In this document: positions 19,999-29,903 of the stretch, piece after piece
How positions within the stretch are numbered: the first letter of the stretch is position 1
Layout: every line of letters starts with the position of its first letter
Source: an uncultured Clostridium sp.
GTDB lineage: Bacteria; Bacillota; Clostridia; TANB77; CAG-508
Assembly: GCA_900553405.1 (NCBI GenBank)
Contig: USDF01000001.1
Location: 2,567 to 66,566, forward strand
Direction: 5' to 3'
Length of the DNA stretch: 64,000 nt
Notes under the pieces: generated by a model
Databases searched by the model: none
Told to the model about the DNA's origin: nothing
What the model saw: the letters and a program-made list of their open reading frames with translations, nothing else
Translations under genes and position numbers: made by a program

Positions 19999-20236
19999 CA
20001 AACCCTTAAATAAAATTGAATTATTTTAATATGTTTATTATTCTAGCATGTTAAAACAAAAAAGTCAACATAATTTTTAAAAAAATTAAAAAATATGCCA
20101 AAAATAGAAAATTTAAATAAAATATTAAATTGAAAACAAAAAAATTAAATAAATCATTATAACTATATAGTAATGAATATAAAATAAAAAAATGAACAAA
20201 ATAGAAATATATAAAATAATGAAAGGTGGTATAAAA

Positions 20237-20677
20237 ATGAAAGTAAAAGATTGTATGTGCGATAGTGTAGCTTATATTAATCCAAACAGCACAATTTGCG
20301 ATTGTGCTAAATTAATGAGTGATAAACATGTTGGATGTGTTCCAGTATGCGATAAAGATGAAAGTGTGGTAGGTTTAGTTACAGACAGAGATGTTATATT
20401 AAGATGTGTTGCTTGTGGCAAAGATATAAATACAACACCTGTTAGTGAAATTATGACCTCAAAAGTTTGCTGTTGTAACGAAAATGATGAACTTAATAAT
20501 GCAGAAAAAATCATGAGCGAAAACCAAATTCGTCGTTTGCCAGTTGTAGATGACAACAACAAAATAATAGGAATATTAACAATAGGTGATTTGTGTAAAC
20601 ACGAAAATATTCAAACTCAAAACGTAGGACAAACAATAGAAAATATATGTAAATGTAATACTAAAAATGCTGAATAA
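20237..20677 (+). CDS. CBS-pair domain protein, unusually Cys-rich (16 Cys)
   Basis: Two CBS motifs (VGLVTDRDVILRC; IGILTIGDL). RBS aaaggtggt before ATG at 20237. Confidence 0.7.
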   Translation: MKVKDCMCDSVAYINPNSTICDCAKLMSDKHVGCVPVCDKDESVVGLVTDRDVILRCVACGKDINTTPVSEIMTSKVCCCNENDELNNAEKIMSENQIRRLPVVDDNNKIIGILTIGDLCKHENIQTQNVGQTIENICKCNTKNAE

Positions 20678-20719
20678 AACTTAGACAAGCATCATAAAAT
20701 AGAAAAAGGAGGAGAGAAA

Positions 20720-21820
20720 ATGGTAATTGATATGAATTATTGGTCAAAAGTATTAAAAAAAATAGTTATCCTTCTTTTTTCTATTTTAGGTGTTTATTTA
20801 GCATTCAAATTGGTCATTTTTTACATGCCTTTTTTAATAGCTTTTATTATTTCACTTCTTATTGAACCTATTATAAGGTTTAGTATGAAAAAATTAAAAT
20901 TAAAGAGAAAGACAAGCACAATACTTGTCTTTATAATAGTTTTATCAATATTAATAGGACTTTTAGCATGGGGAATATTTTCACTTATATCAGAATCCTC
21001 CAATTTACTTAATAGTTTGAACATTTATATGGAAAAAATATCAAACAAATTCCAAGAAATTGTATCTGGAATAGATTTAAGTAAAATTCATGTTCCAGAT
21101 GAAATAATAAATACATTAAAATCTTCTGGAGATGACATTTTGGGAGCTTTAGGAAACTGGATTAAAAATGTATTAACCAATCTATTAAATGTAATAACAT
21201 CATTACCTGCGATAGGTATTTATACTGTTATATGTATTATTGCGTTATATTTTATGTGCATAGATAAAATATATATGATAGATCAATTAGAACATCATTT
21301 TCCAGAGACTTGGGTAAGAAAATTTACCAAACATATAAAAAGTATAATAAAATCTTTAGGATGCTATTTAAAAGCAGAAGCAATATTAGTTCTTGTTTCA
21401 TTTGTAATATCACTAATAGGCTTATATATATTTAAATTGGTGGGGCTAAATGTTCCATTTCCTTTAATGGCAGCATTGGGAATAGGTTTTGTAGATGCTC
21501 TACCTATATTTGGTAGTGCCACTGTTATGATTCCATGGGCAATAATCTGTGCATGTGATGGTGATTTAACTTTAGGTATAAGTATAATAGTATTGCTTAT
21601 AATAATGAGTATAGTAAGACAATTTTTAGAACCAAGAGTTGTGTCTAAACAATTAGGAATACATCCAATTTTTACTTTAATTGCAATGTATACAGGTTTT
21701 AAATTTATAGGAGTAATAGGAATGCTTATAGGACCTATTGTTTTAATAATTTTGAAGAATATATTTAGTACAATGATAGACAAAGGAGTTGCAAAATCTA
21801 TTTTTGACCGAGAGATATAA
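20720..21820 (+). CDS. AI-2E family transporter (YtvI/PerM-like)
   Basis: 366 aa, ~8 TM, characteristic AI-2E family topology and length. Confidence 0.7.
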   Translation: MVIDMNYWSKVLKKIVILLFSILGVYLAFKLVIFYMPFLIAFIISLLIEPIIRFSMKKLKLKRKTSTILVFIIVLSILIGLLAWGIFSLISESSNLLNSLNIYMEKISNKFQEIVSGIDLSKIHVPDEIINTLKSSGDDILGALGNWIKNVLTNLLNVITSLPAIGIYTVICIIALYFMCIDKIYMIDQLEHHFPETWVRKFTKHIKSIIKSLGCYLKAEAILVLVSFVISLIGLYIFKLVGLNVPFPLMAALGIGFVDALPIFGSATVMIPWAIICACDGDLTLGISIIVLLIIMSIVRQFLEPRVVSKQLGIHPIFTLIAMYTGFKFIGVIGMLIGPIVLIILKNIFSTMIDKGVAKSIFDREI

Positions 21821-21944
21821 ATAGCAAAATTAAATTGTTGGTTATTAAGAAGTCTAAATAATATACAATACATGTCTTGATTTGAAAAAATTAATGTGTT
21901 ATAATAAATAAATCAACTATAAATACATCTAAGGAGGGTACTAA

Positions 21945-22139
21945 ATGAGTAAAATTAGCAGAGTAGAAGGAAATGAAGGATTATCACAGCAGGTTTTGAA
22001 ACTTGCAGAGCAAAAGATATTTGCTCTGCAGAAAATGGGTTATGGACCTATAGCTATTATGCATTATTTAGCGGAGGAAAATAACGTGGCGGTTTCTTTA
22101 ACCGGATATGAAGATGGATATGTAGCAACTATCTCTTAA
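21945..22139 (+). CDS. hypothetical small protein (64 aa)
   Basis: RBS ggaggg upstream. Followed by terminator aaaagcgaaactt...aagtttcgctttt at 22172-22215. Confidence 0.45.
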   Translation: MSKISRVEGNEGLSQQVLKLAEQKIFALQKMGYGPIAIMHYLAEENNVAVSLTGYEDGYVATIS

Positions 22140-22307
22140 TTCTTAGGTGTAAAAAAGATTTATTATCTAAAAAAGCGAAACTTTAGTATAAAATTATACT
22201 TGAAGTTTCGCTTTTAAAAATTTTTATTTTATTTTCAGTTCTTTAAAAAACTATTCCAAAAGCACCAAGTACTTTTGGAATAGTTCCTTAAAAGATAATC
22301 TAACTCT

Positions 22308-22850
22308 TTATAAAATAGTAGAAGTAGGAATATAATTATTATCTGGAGGATATACAAATTCATCATTAGGCTTTTCAATTTGTCTAACATTTGTTACTTC
22401 TAAAATTGGAATATCATTTCCGTGATATTTACCTTTTGTAATTTTACCCTCTAATTCTATCCAAGTGTTATCACAAAGCTTAATTGCATCTTTGTATTTA
22501 CAAAGAAAGCCTACAACAACACTTTGAAAATCAGAACTAATAATCATATTTCTTCCAAGAACAAACTCATCATTATTTAAATCATATACTCTGTATACGA
22601 AACCGGAAAACCTAAACTTTTGTCCAACATATGTATCTAAATTATCGTGTACAGATTGCAAAACATTCGTATAATTTTGAGTTGTAAGTTGAGTAATATC
22701 ACTATTTGAAATATCATCATTTAATTTAATACTTGCCTTATATATTTTATAACCTACAATTCCACACAAGATTATAACTACTAATATAATGATACCTAAT
22801 AGGATTTTATAAAAAAATGAACTATTTAATTTTAAATTATAAACAAACAT
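22308..22850 (-). CDS. membrane-anchored hypothetical protein (single N-terminal TM, extracytoplasmic domain)
   Basis: 180 aa ORF with an N-terminal TM helix. Confidence 0.5.
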   Translation of the reverse strand: MFVYNLKLNSSFFYKILLGIIILVVIILCGIVGYKIYKASIKLNDDISNSDITQLTTQNYTNVLQSVHDNLDTYVGQKFRFSGFVYRVYDLNNDEFVLGRNMIISSDFQSVVVGFLCKYKDAIKLCDNTWIELEGKITKGKYHGNDIPILEVTNVRQIEKPNDEFVYPPDNNYIPTSTIL

Positions 22851-23000
22851 AGAAAGAACCTACTTTCTTTTTAAAATAATTTTACTTAAATATATGCCTA
22901 AAATATATTAAATATACTTTAAATTTTTTCTTGCATTTTAAAGTAAATAATGATATAGTTAGACCTATAGAAAAATGATTTACGAAAGGAAGAAAAACAC

Positions 23001-25730
23001 ATGGGACTTTTTAAAACATATAGTGAGAAAGAAGTTAAAAGAATAAGACCAATAGTAGATAAAATTAATGGTTTAGAAGAAGAAATTTCAAAATTAACTG
23101 ACATAGAGTTAAAAGCAAAAACAGAGGAATTTAAAAATAGATATGCAAATGGTGAGTCTTTAGATGATTTATTACCAGAAGCATTTGCAGTTGTTAGAGA
23201 AGCATCAAAAAGAGTATTAGGAATGAGACATTTTGATGTTCAATTAATAGGTGGTGTTGTACTTCATCAAGGTAGAATTGCAGAAATGAAAACTGGTGAA
23301 GGTAAAACATTAGTTGCTACACTTCCAGTATATTTAAATGCACTTACAGGAGAAGGAGTTCATGTTATTACAGTAAACGATTACCTAGCAAAAAGAGATA
23401 GCGAATGGATGGGAAAAGTTTATAGATTTTTAGGATTAACAGTAGGTCTTGTAATATCAGGAATGAACCCAGCACAAAAACAACAAGCATATAATTGTGA
23501 TGTAACTTATGGAACAAATAATGAATTTGGATTTGATTATTTAAGAGACAACATGGTTATTTATAAAAATCAATTAGTTCAAAGAAAATTAAAATATGCA
23601 ATCGTAGACGAAATTGATAGTATTTTAATAGACGAGGCTCGTACACCTCTTATTATTTCAGGTAGAGCTAACAAATCTTCCGATTTATACAAAAAAGCAG
23701 ATAACTTTGTAAAAAGATTAAAAGCAAAAGTAATAGTTGAAGAAGATGTTAAAGATTTAGAACAAGCAGAAGATAACGAAAACTATGACTACATTGTAGA
23801 CTTAAAAGCAAAATCAGCTACACTTACAAGTAAAGGTATTAAAAAAGCTGAAGACGAATTCCATTTAGAGAACTTTAACGATATAGAAAACTCTGAGTTA
23901 GTTCACAATGTAAATCAAGCATTACGTGCTCATGGAATTATGAAAAAAGATATAGACTACATTGTAAAAGATGGCGAAGTTCTTATTGTAGACGAATTTA
24001 CAGGACGTATCATGTATGGAAGAAGATACAATAATGGATTACATCAAGCAATTGAAGCAAAAGAAGGAGTTAAAATTGCAGATGAATCAAAAACTTTAGC
24101 TACAATAACATTCCAAAATTACTTTAGAATGTACGAAAAATTATCTGGTATGACAGGTACAGCTATGACAGAAGAATCTGAATTCCAAGAAATTTATAAT
24201 TTAGACGTAATAGAAATACCAACAAATAAACCAATGATTCGTGATGATCACCATGATGTTATATATAAAAATGAAAATGCTAAATTTAGAGCAGTTATAA
24301 ATGATATAAAAGAAAGTCATGAAAAAGGCCAACCAGTGTTAGTTGGTACAGTATCAATTGAAAAATCTGAAAAATTAAGTAGCTTACTTAAAAAAGAAGG
24401 AATTAAACATGAAGTATTAAATGCTAAATTCCATGAAAAAGAAGCTGAAATTATAGCACAAGCTGGTAAGTTTGGAGCAGTTACAATTGCAACAAACATG
24501 GCAGGACGTGGTACAGATATTATGCTTGGTGGTAATAGTGAATATCTAGCAAAACAAGAAATGAGAAAGTTAGGTTATTCAAGTGAATTAATCGAACAAG
24601 CGACAGCATTTAACGAAACAGATGACAAAGAAATATTAGATGCTAGAAAGAAATTCAAAGAATTAGAAGAAAAACATAACAGTATTATAAAAGAAGAAAA
24701 AGAAAAAGTAATAGATGCAGGTGGACTAAAAATAATTGGTACAGAAAGACATGAATCTAGAAGAATTGACAACCAGTTACGTGGACGTTCTGGACGTCAA
24801 GGAGATAGAGGTGAATCTAGATTTTATATAGGTCTAGATGATGACTTAATGAAAATATTTGGTGGAGATAAAGTAACAGCTGTATACAATTTACTTGGTG
24901 CAGACGAAGATATGCCAATAGAATCAAGAATGATTACTAAATCTGTAGAATCTGCACAAAGAAGAGTAGAAGGTAGAAACTTTAGTATTCGTAAAAATGT
25001 ACTTGCTTATGACGATGTTATGAATGTTCAAAGAGAAATCATATATGCACAAAGAAGACAAGTTCTTGACGGAGAAGATTTAAAAGACAAAATTATAAAA
25101 ATGATGGATTCTGTTGCAGAAGATTTAATATCAGTTTATTTAACTGAAGAAAATGTTAATAAAGAAGCATTAATGGAAGATATTAAATCTACATTTGGAA
25201 TAGAAGAAGTTAAGTCAATAAATAGCAAAAAACTAAATATAAATGAGGTTATTACTGAAGTACAAGACAAAATCCACGAAATATATAGCAAAAAAGAAGA
25301 AGAATTTGGTAGTGAAGAATTAAGAGAATTAGAACGTATAGTAATGCTAAAAATAGTAGACCAAAGATGGATGGATCATATAGATAATATGGATGAACTA
25401 AAAAACGGAATTGGTCTTCAAGGATATGGTCAAAAGGATCCAGTTGTTCAATATAGAATACTTGGTGGAGAAATGTTTGACGAAATGACTGCAAATATTA
25501 AAGTTGATGTTGTAAGATTCTTATTAAATGCTAGAAAAAAAGAAGGCGGAGTATCAAAACGTGAAGAAACTTCTAAAATTACAAATGCTAGTTTAGAAGA
25601 TACAGCAATTAATTTAGTAGATGGTAGTTATAAAAAAGATGAGGGTGGAATGAACAAAACAGTTGTAAATGATGAACCAAAAGTTGGAAGAAATGACCCT
25701 TGTCCATGCCGGTTCAGGAAAAAAATATAA
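23001..25730 (+). CDS. secA: preprotein translocase ATPase SecA; C-terminal zinc-finger tail frameshifted (extra C at ~25710)
   Basis: 909 aa with canonical SecA motifs throughout. The annotated end ...[11 protein letters not shown] becomes the canonical [17 protein letters not shown] if the C at 25710 is removed. Confidence 0.95.
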   Translation: MGLFKTYSEKEVKRIRPIVDKINGLEEEISKLTDIELKAKTEEFKNRYANGESLDDLLPEAFAVVREASKRVLGMRHFDVQLIGGVVLHQGRIAEMKTGEGKTLVATLPVYLNALTGEGVHVITVNDYLAKRDSEWMGKVYRFLGLTVGLVISGMNPAQKQQAYNCDVTYGTNNEFGFDYLRDNMVIYKNQLVQRKLKYAIVDEIDSILIDEARTPLIISGRANKSSDLYKKADNFVKRLKAKVIVEEDVKDLEQAEDNENYDYIVDLKAKSATLTSKGIKKAEDEFHLENFNDIENSELVHNVNQALRAHGIMKKDIDYIVKDGEVLIVDEFTGRIMYGRRYNNGLHQAIEAKEGVKIADESKTLATITFQNYFRMYEKLSGMTGTAMTEESEFQEIYNLDVIEIPTNKPMIRDDHHDVIYKNENAKFRAVINDIKESHEKGQPVLVGTVSIEKSEKLSSLLKKEGIKHEVLNAKFHEKEAEIIAQAGKFGAVTIATNMAGRGTDIMLGGNSEYLAKQEMRKLGYSSELIEQATAFNETDDKEILDARKKFKELEEKHNSIIKEEKEKVIDAGGLKIIGTERHESRRIDNQLRGRSGRQGDRGESRFYIGLDDDLMKIFGGDKVTAVYNLLGADEDMPIESRMITKSVESAQRRVEGRNFSIRKNVLAYDDVMNVQREIIYAQRRQVLDGEDLKDKIIKMMDSVAEDLISVYLTEENVNKEALMEDIKSTFGIEEVKSINSKKLNINEVITEVQDKIHEIYSKKEEEFGSEELRELERIVMLKIVDQRWMDHIDNMDELKNGIGLQGYGQKDPVVQYRILGGEMFDEMTANIKVDVVRFLLNARKKEGGVSKREETSKITNASLEDTAINLVDGSYKKDEGGMNKTVVNDEPKVGRNDPCPCRFRKKI

Positions 25731-25746
25731 AAACTGCTGTGGTAAA
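25711..25746 (+). repeat. attL core: 36-bp direct repeat (ggttcaggaaaaaaatataaaaactgctgtggtaaa), secA 3' end
   Basis: Identical 36-mer recurs at 32251-32286. Confidence 0.85.
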
Positions 25747-25998
25747 TAACCTCGCAAACCCTTATAAAATAAGGAATTGTTAAAAATAGAAAAAATGATA
25801 AATTTGTTCACAGATGACAATTTGTCCACGATTTGTCCACATAGCATAAATAATGTGGACAGAATCGAAGAAACCCCATAAAAATCAATAAAAAATCTAC
25901 ATGGACAATTATTGTGGACATAGTTATATAAAATGTCAGCATTTGAAATGCTGGCATTTTTCCGTTTCATTAAGTTTTATAATGAAGGAGAGATAACT

Positions 25999-26466
25999 AT
26001 GGTAAGCGTAAGAAAACGTGGAAAGGTATATGAATACCGATTTGAAATTGCAACAGTTGACGGAACAAGAAAATGGATAACAAAGTCAGGGTATCCAACA
26101 AAAGCAGAGGCTTTTAAAGAAGGAGCAAAAGCCTATAACGATTTTTACTACAATGGTCAAAAGACGCAGTTAAGAGAAAATATGTCGTATGCAGATTTTT
26201 TAGATTATTGGATAGATAATTATGCAAGTTTCAATTTGCATTACTCTACTACAATATCTTATATAAACATTATTAAAAATCACGTAAAACCAAGAGTAGG
26301 ATTTTATAAATTATGGCAATTAGATACACGTCTTTTACAGGAGTTTATCAATAAAATATATGTTGAGTATGGCTTTTCAAAAAACTATATGGCGAGTATT
26401 TTAAAAGTGGTTAAAGGTTCATTAAAATATGCGTGTTACACATTAAATTATATTACAAAATTGTAA
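25999..26466 (+). pseudogene. tyrosine recombinase/integrase N-terminal fragment (arm-binding + N-terminal SAM-like domain only)
   Basis: MVSVRKRGKVYEYRFEIATVDGTRKWITKSGYPTKAEAFKEGAKAYNDFY is a Tn916/phage-integrase-like N-terminus. Stops after 155 aa; no catalytic domain follows in any frame. Confidence 0.65.
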
Positions 26467-26467
26467 T

Positions 26468-26504
26468 ATTGAGTAATATTAGAATGACGACTTATATGAT
26501 AAAA
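26468..26504 (+). promoter_or_regulatory. candidate response-regulator box (tandem GTAATATT half-sites) upstream of transglycosylase gene
   Basis: tattacaaaattgtaatattgagtaatattagaatgacgactta; near-identical copy at 29050-29093. Confidence 0.45.
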
Positions 26505-26559
26505 AATGATAATATTACTGCAATAAATTACTTTTTAGTAAAGAAGGGATTAGCATTAT

Positions 26560-27249
26560 ATGAAATTAGTTAAAAAGATTGCAATAACAATTTTATTAAT
26601 ATTTATTTGTATAGGAAGTTATTTTATTTGTAGTGGTTATCAAATGTATAAGAATGCCATAAATAAAATGCCATTAAAGGATAAAATTACAACAATTAGG
26701 CAAAAAGAAGATTATACAAAAATTGATGATATGCCTCAAATATATTTAAAAGCAGTTGTATCAGTTGAAGATCATAGATTTTACAAACATTTTGGGATAG
26801 ATGTCATTTCTATTGGAAGAGCATTTGTAAATGATATAAAAAAAATGAAATTTGTAGAGGGAGGAAGCACAATTACCCAACAACTAGCCAAGAATATCTA
26901 TTTTACACAAGATAAGAAAATAGTAAGGAAAGTTGCAGAAATTTTTATGGCATTTAGCATAGAAAGTAACTACAATAAGGATGAAATATTAGAATTATAT
27001 TTGAATACTTCATATTTTGGCAATGGATTTTATTCTGTTAAGTCAGCAAGTTTAGGTTATTTTAATAAATTACCAAAAGATATGAACGATAGTGAATCAA
27101 TTATGCTAGCAGGAATCCCAAATGCTCCGTCTTTATATAATCCAATTCAAAATAAAAATTTAGCAATTGAAAGACAGAGGCAAGTTATAAATAAAATGAT
27201 TAAATATGGTAACCTAGATAAAGTTGAAGCAGAAAAAATTATAAAATAA
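26560..27249 (+). CDS. monofunctional biosynthetic peptidoglycan transglycosylase (GT51, MtgA-like)
   Basis: N-terminal TM anchor, then GT51 motifs EDHRFYKHFGID, GGSTITQQLAKN, RKVAE...MAF, YLNTSYFG. Confidence 0.85.
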   Translation: MKLVKKIAITILLIFICIGSYFICSGYQMYKNAINKMPLKDKITTIRQKEDYTKIDDMPQIYLKAVVSVEDHRFYKHFGIDVISIGRAFVNDIKKMKFVEGGSTITQQLAKNIYFTQDKKIVRKVAEIFMAFSIESNYNKDEILELYLNTSYFGNGFYSVKSASLGYFNKLPKDMNDSESIMLAGIPNAPSLYNPIQNKNLAIERQRQVINKMIKYGNLDKVEAEKIIK

Positions 27250-27341
27250 TTATATTTAATTTTCTGAATTATTATAATTTAGAAAATTAAAGTGATATAA
27301 TATGAATAATTATAAAAGCAAATTACGAAAGGAGATAAACT

Positions 27342-28004
27342 ATGAAAAAAATATTAATTATAGAAGATGAAAAAATCATAAGAAATGAGTTAAAATCTTT
27401 GTTAGAAAACTCAGGGTATGAAGTATTAATTATAGAAAAGTTTGATAATGTTAAAGAAAATATAAAAAATATGAAATTTGATTTAATTTTAATGGATATT
27501 AATTTACCTAATAAAAATGGTGAAATTTTATTAAAAGAAATTAGAAAAGAATCTAATGTTCCTATTATTATGGTTACGAGCAGAGTAGGAGAAGTAGATG
27601 AAGTTTTATCTATATCTTATGGTGCAGACGATTATATTACTAAGCCATACAATCCAACAATCTTACTATTGAGAATACAAAATATATTTAAACGAATGGA
27701 TAATAATATGGACGACTTATTTTATGATAATATTAGTGTTAATCCACAAAAAGGAATATTGAAACAAGGCGAAAAGGTATTAGAACTGACTAAAAATGAA
27801 ATGATTATCTTTACATATCTTTTAAGTAATCGTGGTAGAATAGTAACTCGTGATGATTTAATGACAGATTTATGGAATAATAATGAATTTATAAATGACA
27901 ACGCTCTAACAGTAAATATTAGTAGATTAAGAAATAAATTACAAAATTTTGGACTTGAAAATAGGATTGAAACAAGAAAAGGACAAGGGTATAAATTATT
28001 ATGA
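27342..28004 (+). CDS. OmpR-family response regulator (BceR-like)
   Basis: Receiver domain (ILIIEDE...LMDINLP) plus winged-helix C-terminus. Confidence 0.85.
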   Translation: MKKILIIEDEKIIRNELKSLLENSGYEVLIIEKFDNVKENIKNMKFDLILMDINLPNKNGEILLKEIRKESNVPIIMVTSRVGEVDEVLSISYGADDYITKPYNPTILLLRIQNIFKRMDNNMDDLFYDNISVNPQKGILKQGEKVLELTKNEMIIFTYLLSNRGRIVTRDDLMTDLWNNNEFINDNALTVNISRLRNKLQNFGLENRIETRKGQGYKLL

Positions 28005-29017
28005 GTTTTAAAAAATATTTATTAGATAAAACAGTACAGATAACTGTGTCAATTGTTGGATTCATAATTGCTATTCTTATGTTAAACGCATTTAAAGTGG
28101 AAAATGATTTAAAAATAGCATTGACAATATTATTTTTTTTAGTTGCAACATTTAATATTATTTTTGATTATTTCAGGAAATACAAATTTTACAAAAAAAT
28201 ATTAAATACGCTTGATAAGTTAGATAAAAAATATTTAATTTTAGAAATGTTAAAGAAGCCAAACTTTTATGATGGCGAAATTTTTTATCAAATTCTTTAT
28301 GATATAAACAAGTCAATGATTGAAAATGTAAAAGAATATAATTTAAGTATTACCGATTTCAAGGAATATGTAGAAATGTGGATTCATGAAGTAAAGATTC
28401 CAGTAGCAAGTTTAACTTTATTAATTCATAATAACAGAAATATGTTTGATAAAAGATATATAGAACAAATTAGAAAGTTAGATAACTATATAGATCAAAT
28501 TTTATATTTCGTTCGAAGCGAAAATGCCGAAAAAGATTATCTTATCAAAGAAAATGAATTGCAGAAGATTATTAAAGATGTTGCTTTAAAAAACAAAGAT
28601 GACTTATTAGAAAATAAAGTTAATCTTGAAGTTGATGTTCATAATGAAAAAGTTTTAACGGATTCAAAATGGTTAGAGTTCGTATTAAATCAGATTATAA
28701 ACAATAGTATTAAATATAAAAAAAATAATAACGATCCAATAATAAAAATTAGTGTAAAAGATGAAAAAGATAAAGTATATCTAACTATTTGGGATAATGG
28801 AATAGGAATACCTAAAAACGATATAAAAAGAGTATTTGATAAATCTTTCACTGGTGAAAACGGTAGAATAATGGCAAAATCAACAGGTATGGGACTTTAT
28901 ATTGTCAAGAAATTATGCGATAAATTAGGACATAAGATAATTATTGAATCTGAAATACATAAATATACAAAAATTACAATTATCTTTTATAAAAATGATT
29001 TTTATAAAATTGATTAA
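28001..29017 (+). CDS. intramembrane-sensing histidine kinase (BceS-like)
   Basis: Two N-terminal TM helices with a minimal loop, a HisKA region (HEVKIPVAS), and HATPase_c (GIGIP...GMGLYIVKKL). Overlaps the RR gene by 4 nt. Confidence 0.8.
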   Translation: MSFKKYLLDKTVQITVSIVGFIIAILMLNAFKVENDLKIALTILFFLVATFNIIFDYFRKYKFYKKILNTLDKLDKKYLILEMLKKPNFYDGEIFYQILYDINKSMIENVKEYNLSITDFKEYVEMWIHEVKIPVASLTLLIHNNRNMFDKRYIEQIRKLDNYIDQILYFVRSENAEKDYLIKENELQKIIKDVALKNKDDLLENKVNLEVDVHNEKVLTDSKWLEFVLNQIINNSIKYKKNNNDPIIKISVKDEKDKVYLTIWDNGIGIPKNDIKRVFDKSFTGENGRIMAKSTGMGLYIVKKLCDKLGHKIIIESEIHKYTKITIIFYKNDFYKID

Positions 29018-29049
29018 AGTTTATGCAGATTTAGATACTAAAAATAAAT

Positions 29050-29093
29050 ATTACAAAATTGTAATATTCTGTAATATTAGAATAACGACTAAT
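29050..29093 (+). promoter_or_regulatory. second copy of candidate response-regulator box upstream of ABC transporter genes
   Basis: tattacaaaattgtaatattctgtaatattagaataacgactaa, 40/44 identical to the 26461-26504 copy. Confidence 0.45.
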
Positions 29094-29135
29094 CCTATCT
29101 TTTATATTACAATGTAATCAGAAAGGAGAAAGATT

Positions 29136-29903
29136 ATGGAAAATATCTTAAAAATTGATAAAATTGAAAAATATTATGGCAATAAATCTAGTCTTACAAA
29201 AGCAATTGATAACCTATCATTTGATGTTGAAAAGGGAGAATTTGTTGCAATAATGGGAGCAAGTGGCTCTGGAAAGACTACTCTTTTAAATTGTATATCT
29301 ACAATTGATAAAGTTACATCTGGACATATTTATGTAGCAGGTAATGATATCACAAAATTAAGAGGAAATAGTCTAAATAAGTTTAGAAGGGAAGAGTTAG
29401 GCTTTATATTTCAAGATTTTAATTTGCTTGATACTTTAACTGCTTATGAAAATATTGCTTTGGCACTTTCTATTCAAAATGTGAATTCAAGAGAAATTGA
29501 TACAAGAATTAAAAAAATTGCAAAAGAACTGGATATTGTTAATGTACTTAATAAATATCCATATCAAATGAGTGGAGGTCAAAAGCAAAGAGTCGCTAGT
29601 GCAAGAGCAATAATTACTAATCCAAAGTTAATTCTTGCAGATGAACCAACAGGTGCATTGGATTCAAAGTCAGCTAAAATGCTTTTAGAAAAATTTGATT
29701 ATTTGAATAAAGAATTACAAGCAACAATTCTTATGGTGACACATGATGCGTTTACTGCAAGTTATTCTTCAAGAGTCATATTTATCAAAGATGGTAAAAT
29801 TTTTAATGAAATAATTAAAGGAACAAATTCTAGAAAAGAATTTTTTGATAAAATAATAGATGTTGTAACATTACTTGGTGGTGACTTAAACGATGCTCTT
29901 TAA
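29136..29903 (+). CDS. ABC transporter ATP-binding protein (BceA-like)
   Basis: Walker A (GASGSGKTT), ABC signature (MSGGQKQRVASARA), Walker B (ILADEPTGALD). Confidence 0.9.
   Translation: MENILKIDKIEKYYGNKSSLTKAIDNLSFDVEKGEFVAIMGASGSGKTTLLNCISTIDKVTSGHIYVAGNDITKLRGNSLNKFRREELGFIFQDFNLLDTLTAYENIALALSIQNVNSREIDTRIKKIAKELDIVNVLNKYPYQMSGGQKQRVASARAIITNPKLILADEPTGALDSKSAKMLLEKFDYLNKELQATILMVTHDAFTASYSSRVIFIKDGKIFNEIIKGTNSRKEFFDKIIDVVTLLGGDLNDAL

Noticed and set aside
21364-21873. 169-aa minus-strand ORF
   Set aside because: Antisense to and fully inside the AI-2E transporter gene; a typical shadow ORF of an AT-rich membrane-protein gene.
25933-25998. Upstream extension of the integrase ORF (MSAFEMLAFFRF...)
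   Set aside because: The RBS (aaggagag) directly precedes ATG 25999. The extension overlaps a palindromic operator-like sequence and is probably untranslated.
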